Below are positions 1-5,869 of a stretch of 64,000 nt of DNA, piece after piece. The stretch lies in IMG/VR virus record IMGVR_UViG_3300042991_000780, positions 31,173 to 95,172 of that record. One strand, 5' to 3'. A program made the position numbers and the translations under genes. The stretch comes from a virus. Each line of letters begins with the position of its first letter. Position 1 is the first letter of the stretch. The notes below the pieces were generated by a model. It was not told where the DNA came from. It saw only the letters and a list, made by a program, of their open reading frames with translations, and did no database searches.

Positions 1-474
1 AAATATTGAACAACCAGTAGCACAAACAACGCTACCCATTTCATAATAACCAGTAAATGTTATTGGTAAGCAACTTACTGTAAATGTACTTGATGGTGAT
101 GTTAATGTTGGACACACAACTGGTGCTAATACTTCTTCAAGAATATTAGCAATTGTTCTTCCAGTAAGTGTTGTTCCGCATACTAATCCACCAACAGTAC
201 ATGTTGCTGGCGTTCTACAATCATAATAACCCGTACTTGTACCACCAGTCGATACTTGCCCCAAAACAATACAACCACTAACATACTTTAAAACATTTTG
301 TTCTGATGCACCACTACTCAAAATAACAACCGGAATATTTGTTCCATTTTCATCAGCAAATGTTAAACCACCATCATATTTACTAAATATGGTTGTACCT
401 GATAATGTTAATGTTGTTCCACTTAACTGCTTAAATTGAGTATTATCTAAATTTGGTCTTGCGAAAAATGGCAT
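1..474 (-). CDS. Virion/tail-fibre-like Thr/Gly/Cys-rich protein, runs off the window edge
   Basis: Manual translation from ATG at 474 (MPFFARPNLDNTQFKQLSGTTLTLSGTT...) is open to position 1. GTATTTAT motif upstream at 578-585. Confidence 0.6.
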   Translation of the reverse strand, partial: MPFFARPNLDNTQFKQLSGTTLTLSGTTIFSKYDGGLTFADENGTNIPVVILSSGASEQNVLKYVSGCIVLGQVSTGGTSTGYYDCRTPATCTVGGLVCGTTLTGRTIANILEEVLAPVVCPTLTSPSSTFTVSCLPITFTGYYEMGSVVCATGCSIF

Positions 475-615
475 ATTTTTTTAATTTAATTCTCTTATTT
501 TATTTTTCTAAACGGCTAACAACATAACCGTCCAGTTAATTACCTAAACCGAACTTTTCTGTTCGGTTTTATTTATAATAAATACAAAAGAATATGATTA
601 AAAACTACCGGAAAT

Positions 616-650
616 AAAAAAACCCCGAAGAATATTTTCTACGGGGTTTT
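616..650 (-). terminator. Intrinsic terminator after the ARPP-1-like gene
   Basis: AAAACCCCG/CGGGGTTTT stem followed by a T run on the - strand. Confidence 0.8.
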
Positions 651-673
651 GACTAACATTATGAATGATTTCC

Positions 674-1774
674 CTAAAGAGTAAACCTATCTTGTTTACG
701 AGCCTTTTTACGAAGTTCGTTTACTGTTCTGAGAGCATCTGGATCAAATCTTTCCCTTTTAACGACACTCACCATATGGTTGAATTCGTTTTCGGTGATA
801 ACCTGACCAATATATCCTTCGGTCTTGAGTACATAACTCTTTGGTGCTTTACTTGAAGCAGAAGGGTTACCTTCTGTATCAAGAGTTGCTTCAAAGGTCA
901 ACTCAAGAAGTTCCTGAATCTTTTCCTGAACACTTGCGGTCATACCCTGTTTTGTTTTCTTCAATGACCTTTCAAGCAAATCAACAATATTTTCCTGATG
1001 CTTTACTTTCAACTCATTATAAGTTTCGGTAAAATTCTGCATTGTTGATCTATTTTTCAACTCACTGATAATTGCAAGTGAACCATAGCAGTCACGGATC
1101 ATCAAGTCCCATACCTGTTCTGCGTAAGTGAATGAAGGGAATTTGTCTATTGCAACAATTTCACCATCAACAAGTACGATGATACCGATAAGATTGCTTG
1201 GACGTTCAAAGTGAGCAATAAACTGTTCAAGTTTCTTGTCGTACTTTTCAAAGTAAACGTTCAAGTAGTTACCAGCGTTTGACTGAGTATCCTGACCCAA
1301 TTTCTGAATAGCAGGATAAATCCTATGATATGAACTTGGCTGTCCAACAGTGTCAAACACCATTTCACGCATGGTTACTGGAAGCATACGGAACTCCTGA
1401 GTACCACGAAAATGTCCGGTCTGTCCACCCTGAACACAACCAGCATCGTGATAAGTAACGTTACCGTACTTTTCAACGTAACCTGCTTTGGTCATACCAT
1501 GATTCTGAGCACTCTGCTTGGTCATAACAGCCATCTGGGTAGGAAGAATAACTTCCTTATCAGCCTTATTAGCAAAACTAATCTGACCGTAAGAACTGTT
1601 ACCAGCCTGAACCGAAGTCAATGGATTAGCAAAACGTTCATCCAAAGAATATTCCTTGTCAGTTGTCAAACATACGATCTGCATGTTCAAAATTGACTGA
1701 ACGATAATGTTACCGTTTTTGTCTTTGACTGGACGGCAACCTTTAAGCAATTCTGTAAATTCTCTTTTATTCAT
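674..1774 (-). CDS. ARPP-1/DUF6569-like protein
   Basis: Motifs QNH...CVQGGQ and IGIIVLVDGEIVAIDKFPS...W...DCYG resemble the ARPP-1 family. Lies 11 nt downstream of the vWA gene. Confidence 0.6.
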   Translation of the reverse strand: MNKREFTELLKGCRPVKDKNGNIIVQSILNMQIVCLTTDKEYSLDERFANPLTSVQAGNSSYGQISFANKADKEVILPTQMAVMTKQSAQNHGMTKAGYVEKYGNVTYHDAGCVQGGQTGHFRGTQEFRMLPVTMREMVFDTVGQPSSYHRIYPAIQKLGQDTQSNAGNYLNVYFEKYDKKLEQFIAHFERPSNLIGIIVLVDGEIVAIDKFPSFTYAEQVWDLMIRDCYGSLAIISELKNRSTMQNFTETYNELKVKHQENIVDLLERSLKKTKQGMTASVQEKIQELLELTFEATLDTEGNPSASSKAPKSYVLKTEGYIGQVITENEFNHMVSVVKRERFDPDALRTVNELRKKARKQDRFTL

Positions 1775-1785
1775 GATATGAAATA

Positions 1786-3420
1786 TTAAGCATTAATACT
1801 AATTTTTTTGTTCCTTTTAACAGGTGCTGCTTCAAGAGCAAGAACCTGATTTTCAAGCCACCTTTTGGTGTCAATTTCAAGCAACCTTGCGTTGATTTGT
1901 GGCTGCAAAGCAACGGGGTTATTTATTGCCATTGTGACAACTCCTGCACCAAGTTTCCTTACATTAGCACCCATTTCAGCACTCACGATTGGTGAAATTT
2001 GAAACATAGGTATATTTCTTCCGGTTTCTGCCTTCCAAATGTTGATAACTTCATTGGTAAGACCATCGTATGCGTTTTCGTATCCATCGGTTAAGATGAA
2101 GATTGCATCATATGGTTTTGAAGCATTTTCTGCTTTCAAAAGTCCAATAAATGAACTTGCCAAGTCAGTAACCTCACCATCAGTGTATTCAATACTGCAA
2201 CTATTGGTTGCAGATTTGCTCAATACCCTTGCGGTAAAGTCAGCAATTGCCTTTGGAGTGTTCTTTGATTCAGCCTGATGACCACTCATTGAATTACTCA
2301 TATCGACAATAATACCGATATTTGGGTAGAAGAATCCTACGATTTTCTTCTTGTCTGCAAGTTTGTCAATAGCACCCATTATTTCAGGAGTGAATTTTGT
2401 TTCATAACCTGTCTTGTAAAGTGCCAAGAAATCAGTTGCTTTTTCAAGATCAACATGTTTTTCAACACCCAACTTTGCAGTTGATTTTGTCTGACGAACC
2501 TGCTGGTTTACAGAAGTAACCTCAACATTTTTCCTAATCAAAGCCTTTGTTGCTTCTCTCTGGATTTTTGTTGACCACATTGAATGATACTGAGGATGCT
2601 TTACGCTTGAAATCAAGCCAAGCAATACTTCTTCAGGTACTTTCTTTGATGCAGTAATATCAGTCTTTGCTTTCTGATATTCACTCAAAAGAGGGAATAC
2701 ATTAGCATTAAACGTAACACCAGCATCTTTCTTGAAGATGAAAAGCATAAGTTTGAATGCTTTCATTGGATCACCATTGTAATACCTTAATATGTATTCA
2801 TTCAAAATCTTCATTTCCTTTTCAGTTCCAACAACGAATTCACCAACGTTAGCAGCCTTGCCAGTAATTGAAAGCAACACAGATGTCATTTTCTTTCCAT
2901 ATGCGTGCCTCAAAGTATCGGCAATCTTGTTACGATATTTCATTGCATAGAATTCAAGGTTTTCCTGACCCCAGATGAAGCCAAGCATGATTTTCCTTGA
3001 CCTTTCGTTGTTGATCTTTGCATTTTTCAATGAAACAAACAAACGAAGAACATATGGTAGACCACTTTCGCCAAGGTTGTTCAATGCTGAAAGCACTGCC
3101 TTATCGCTTAATCCGTTATCATACCAGTCAATTGGATTAACAATATTGCATGCTCCACCCTTTAAGGTACTTTTAAATTCATTAAACAATACCTCTGATA
3201 CGAACTGACCAGTCGCACCCTTCTGAGTTGCAACTATCAACGGGAGTTCCTTTGAAAGTTTATACAAACTCTTAACCTGAGTCTGAATAGCCTTCACCTG
3301 TTCGTCACCCTTGTGGTAATAGGTAGCACTACCTTTTGCACCACTTGCAATGGTAAGACCATCGATAAGTGACTGCTTTACCTTACTGAGCATGTTGTTT
3401 GCTAATACCAACTTTTCCAT
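1786..3420 (-). CDS. Ro60/TROVE-like protein: predicted helical N-terminal region plus C-terminal vWA domain
   Basis: MIDAS-like IIVDMSNSMSG and AIFILTDGYEN. At 544 aa, size and layout match Ro60/Rsr. The vWA call is firm and the TROVE homology is inferred. Confidence 0.6.
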   Translation of the reverse strand: MEKLVLANNMLSKVKQSLIDGLTIASGAKGSATYYHKGDEQVKAIQTQVKSLYKLSKELPLIVATQKGATGQFVSEVLFNEFKSTLKGGACNIVNPIDWYDNGLSDKAVLSALNNLGESGLPYVLRLFVSLKNAKINNERSRKIMLGFIWGQENLEFYAMKYRNKIADTLRHAYGKKMTSVLLSITGKAANVGEFVVGTEKEMKILNEYILRYYNGDPMKAFKLMLFIFKKDAGVTFNANVFPLLSEYQKAKTDITASKKVPEEVLLGLISSVKHPQYHSMWSTKIQREATKALIRKNVEVTSVNQQVRQTKSTAKLGVEKHVDLEKATDFLALYKTGYETKFTPEIMGAIDKLADKKKIVGFFYPNIGIIVDMSNSMSGHQAESKNTPKAIADFTARVLSKSATNSCSIEYTDGEVTDLASSFIGLLKAENASKPYDAIFILTDGYENAYDGLTNEVINIWKAETGRNIPMFQISPIVSAEMGANVRKLGAGVVTMAINNPVALQPQINARLLEIDTKRWLENQVLALEAAPVKRNKKISINA

Positions 3421-3458
3421 AATGACAATTTTTAATTATTAAAACTTATTTTTCATTG

Positions 3459-3492
3459 TGCAATGTTACACATTATTTTTTAATATCCAAAA
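3459..3492 (-). promoter_or_regulatory. Bacteroidota-type promoter for the vWA gene
   Basis: TTTG-N19-TAACATTG on the - strand, close to the -33 TTTG / -7 TAnnTTTG consensus. Confidence 0.5.
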
Positions 3493-3500
3493 AAATTATA

Positions 3501-3550
3501 AAAAAAATCGGGTAAGTCGATAGATTTCTCAATCAAGTCCCCACCCGATT
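3501..3550 (-). terminator. Terminator-like hairpin closing the RNA array
   Basis: AATCGGGT...ACCCGATT stem followed by TTTTT. Confidence 0.6.
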
Positions 3551-3581
3551 CGTTTTTTGGAATAACTCTTCTTCAAATTAA

Positions 3582-3675
3582 AGAAGAAGTGCGGTTGTAT
3601 TGCCTGTAGTTTGTCTCCCTTCTCACACGGGGGAGATTACATTTTTCAATTACTGTAAACACAGCCAGTTCTTCC
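3582..3675 (-). ncRNA. Scaffold RNA module M5 (hairpin cargo)
   Basis: GGAAGAAC-T-GGCTGTGTT-TACAGTAA-[TCTCCC/GGGAGA hairpin]-AATACAACC-GCAC-TTCTTC. Confidence 0.65.
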
Positions 3676-3755
3676 ATAAAAATTTATATTTTTTGAAAAA
3701 AATGCCACACACCTGTGACCAAAAAACCATTTTTAACCGTCAAATGTTAGGATTC

Positions 3756-3825
3756 CAAGTGGGGATTTGGATTAATATTACTTGATTTATCAAATTTGTC
3801 TGCAATCCGCATATCGCTCCACTTG
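3756..3825 (-). ncRNA. Possible degenerate sixth module
   Basis: CAAGTGG/CCACTTG and GGATT/AATCC stems. TTGCAGACAA sits where TTACAGTAA occurs in the others, followed by a small hairpin. Confidence 0.3.
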
Positions 3826-3834
3826 TATAATTTC

Positions 3835-3972
3835 GGGAATAATTTAAAAGTATTTGTTGTTTTTAATCAAAGTTTAAGAGACTTCTGACTTAACCGCTTG
3901 TCTATTTTTCAATTTTGGCTGAAAAAGATGGATTCGAACCACCGTATTACTGTAAACACTTTTCGTTTTCCC
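3835..3972 (-). ncRNA. Scaffold RNA module M4 containing a circularly permuted tRNA-Lys(CUU)-like cloverleaf
   Basis: Order: T arm GGTGG-TTCGAAT-CCATC, acceptor 3' strand TTTTTCA-G-CCA, linker AAAT, acceptor 5' strand TGAAAAA, D arm GAC-AAGCGGTTAA-GTC, anticodon arm GAAGT-CTCTTAA-ACTTT. The ends pair as the scaffold. Confidence 0.8.
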
Positions 3973-4001
3973 TCAATATTTTAAAGAACTTCAATAAGTT
4001 T

Positions 4002-4081
4002 AGAAGAAATTCGTTGGTCTTGTTGTCGTTATTAGTTTGATTTCAAGTCAAATTGTTACTGTAAAAACCACCAGTTCTTCT
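4002..4081 (-). ncRNA. Scaffold RNA module M3 carrying an isolated Ser(UGA)-type anticodon stem-loop
   Basis: AGAAGAAC...TGGTTTTTACAGTAA-CAA-TTTGA-CTTGAAA-TCAAA...AAGACCA...TTTCTTCT. Confidence 0.7.
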
Positions 4082-4153
4082 TTATATTTTAAATTTGTAG
4101 CAGGTTATTGTTTCAAATTTGAAATTTCAAAGTATTTATAATAAATAGTACTT

Positions 4154-4831
4154 ATGAAACCAAATTATACCGAATCTGAATTTGACACAGCAACATCTAC
4201 AAGTTTATTATCTTGTTTTTGTTATAATTGTAACACCCTTTTTAATGTAATGAAGAAAAATATTGTACAGGAATTAAAGCATAAAAGAGGAAGAATAAAA
4301 TTTTGTTCAAAGAAGTGTCATGATATTTATCAATCAAATCAAATCTCCGTTATTTGTAATAATTGCGGTAAAACATTTACTAAAATAGCATCTGAAATTA
4401 AAACAAATAATTTTTGTTCAAATTCATGCGCTGCAATATATAATAACACACATAAAACAAAAGGCAATCGTAGGTCTAAACTTGAAACATATCTTGAAAC
4501 ACAACTCGCTGCACAATTTCCAAATTTAGAAATATTATTCAACGATAAAAAAACAATTAATTCCGAACTGGATATTTACATACCCAGACTTCACCTTGCT
4601 TTTGAACTTAATGGTATTTTTCATTACGAACCTATCTATGGTCAAAATAAATTGAGTCAAATTCAAAATAATGATAATCGTAAATTTCAAGCCTGTTTAG
4701 AACAAGAAATTGAATTGTGTATTATTGATGTTTCACATCAAAAATATTTTAAAGAAAACACTTCAAAAAAGTATTTAGACATTCTCATTACAATTATAAA
4801 CAATAAGTCAATGAACATGTTAAACATTTAG
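4154..4831 (+). CDS. Zn-finger plus Vsr/DUF559-like endonuclease (free-standing homing endonuclease type)
   Basis: CxxC and FCSxxC repeats. C-terminal ELDIYIP...FELNGIFHY...DNRK. Own GTATTTAT motif at 4132. Confidence 0.7.
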   Translation: MKPNYTESEFDTATSTSLLSCFCYNCNTLFNVMKKNIVQELKHKRGRIKFCSKKCHDIYQSNQISVICNNCGKTFTKIASEIKTNNFCSNSCAAIYNNTHKTKGNRRSKLETYLETQLAAQFPNLEILFNDKKTINSELDIYIPRLHLAFELNGIFHYEPIYGQNKLSQIQNNDNRKFQACLEQEIELCIIDVSHQKYFKENTSKKYLDILITIINNKSMNMLNI

Positions 4832-4887
4832 TCAATCTATCGATTGTGCAGTAATTACCACGTGCAGGTAGTTTAACTTTAATTACT

Positions 4888-4961
4888 TAGCGGGAGATGG
4901 ATTCGAACCACCGACCTTAACGTTATGAGCGTCACGAGCTAACCACTGCTACTACCCCGCA
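4888..4961 (-). tRNA. tRNA-Met(CAU), initiator-like body with an atypical anticodon stem
   Basis: TGCGGGG-TA-GTAGCAGTGGTTAGCTC-G-TGACG-CTCATAA-CGTTA-AGGTC-GGTGG-TTCGAAT-CCATC-TCCCGCT-A. 1:72 mismatch and no encoded CCA. Confidence 0.9.
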
Positions 4962-5386
4962 ATATGTTTTTCCAATAAATCCCATGCTTCTCTATATTCA
5001 TGAGATTTTGGCTTTCTCTGTCTGGATACTTTTTCATGTAATGTTATTGAACCCGCAAATGAATTAAAAATATTAACAGGTACAACATAAAACACTTTTA
5101 GTTCTGAAATGAAAATTATTGCAAAATTAAAATCATTATTGGAATATTTTTCTCTTTTCATCACACGTCTATTTGTTTTGGTTCTTCTCACATCAATCAA
5201 ATAAACTCCTTCTTCTTTTGATAACCACGCTGACTTAACTTGTATCTTAATAAATTTATTATTAATAACAATGACCAAATCATATGGTAATCTATCACCT
5301 ACCGGAATTAAAACATCCCATCCCAATTGAAGTGCTTTTAATTGTACTTCAATCTCCGCAATATCACCTTTCATTTTAGTATCCAT
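4952..5386 (-). CDS. PD-(D/E)XK endonuclease, group I intron-associated (I-Ssp6803I/PDDEXK_5-like) family
   Basis: KGDIAE...IPVGDRLPYDLV...IQVKS...Y...DF. The stop codon overlaps the tRNA 5' end. Start taken at MDTK (alternative 5401). Confidence 0.8.
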   Translation of the reverse strand: MDTKMKGDIAEIEVQLKALQLGWDVLIPVGDRLPYDLVIVINNKFIKIQVKSAWLSKEEGVYLIDVRRTKTNRRVMKREKYSNNDFNFAIIFISELKVFYVVPVNIFNSFAGSITLHEKVSRQRKPKSHEYREAWDLLEKHIAG

Positions 5387-5411
5387 AATCTCAAAGAACA
5401 TTTAATAAGAT

Positions 5412-5549
5412 AAAAAAGGAAAATTTGTTTGTTATTTCTGTTATAAACAATGATGGAATTGAACCACCAACATTCTGCTTGACGTGCAAACACTCTAACC
5501 AGTTGAGTTAATTGTAATTTACTGTAATAACAACACCGTTTCCTTTTTT
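5412..5549 (-). ncRNA. Scaffold RNA module M2 enclosing a tRNA-Asp(GUC)-like cloverleaf (5447-5515)
   Basis: ACAAT-TA-ACTC-AACTGGTTA-GAGT-G-TTTGC-ACGTCAA-GCAGA-ATGTT-GGTGG-TTCAATT-CCATC-ATTGT, flanked by AGGAAAC..GTTATTACAGTAA and AATAAC..TTCCT. Confidence 0.75.
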
Positions 5550-5551
5550 TG

Positions 5552-5689
5552 TGGGGAGAACAGGAATCGAACCTGTAATCAATTGTGTTTAAAACAATTT
5601 GCTTTACCTTATTTACTGTAAACACTTCAAGTTCTCCCTTACGGGAGCAATGAGATAGTATTTTCGTTATTTTGATTTGCTATCTCCCC
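5552..5689 (-). ncRNA. Module M1: tRNA-like RNA with the scaffold inserted in the D arm
   Basis: 7-bp acceptor GGGGAGA/TCTCCCC and T arm ACAGG-TTCGATT-CCTGT. A ~65 nt insert AAATACT..CTCCC-GTAA-GGGAG-AAC..AGTGTTTACAGTAA lies in the D arm. Confidence 0.7.
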
Positions 5690-5732
5690 ATTTAAAAGTT
5701 TGTTCAAAGAACATTTTGTCATTCAGACGTTG

Positions 5733-5764
5733 CAAATATAAAACACCTTTTTTAATTGTGCAAG
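5733..5764 (-). promoter_or_regulatory. Bacteroidota-type promoter driving the RNA array
   Basis: CTTG-N20-TATATTTG (perfect -7 element). Confidence 0.6.
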
Positions 5765-5822
5765 CATTTTATAAAATATTTTCTAAAAAAATTAAAATAT
5801 TTTTATCTGCACGTCTGGAATA

Positions 5823-5830
5823 ATAAATAC
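5823..5830 (-). promoter_or_regulatory. Putative late promoter GTATTTAT upstream of the RNA array
   Basis: Same motif that precedes the structural genes of the window. Confidence 0.55.
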
Positions 5831-5869
5831 GATGATATTTCAAAAAAGTTATAAAAAAGTATAAAAAAA

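Noticed and set aside
75-83. Extra ttactgtaa copy
   Set aside because: It lies inside a coding region without the flanking stems and is expected by chance in AT-rich DNA.
4096-4110. CCTGCTAC on the - strand as an att-like duplication of the tRNA-Met 3' end (CCCGCTA)
   Set aside because: Too short and mismatched to distinguish from chance, and there is no integrase.
4888-5401. Group I intron around the PD-(D/E)XK ORF
   Set aside because: The tRNA-Met is uninterrupted, and I found no room or core elements for an intron.
3600-5625. ORFs 3600..3785 (+) and 5371..5625 (-)
   Set aside because: They overlay the structured RNA modules, have non-ATG starts and do not look protein-like.
3835-5640. 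Scaffold as a hammerhead ribozyme (GAAAC-like segments)
   Set aside because: No CUGANGA core in any copy, and GAAAC is not invariant.
3582-5689. Repeated ttactgtaa units as a CRISPR array or DNA operator sites
   Set aside because: The identical part is only 9 nt, spacing is irregular and no cas genes are present. The 9-mer is an interrupted palindrome, but its fixed position inside compensating stems with tRNA parts argues for RNA.
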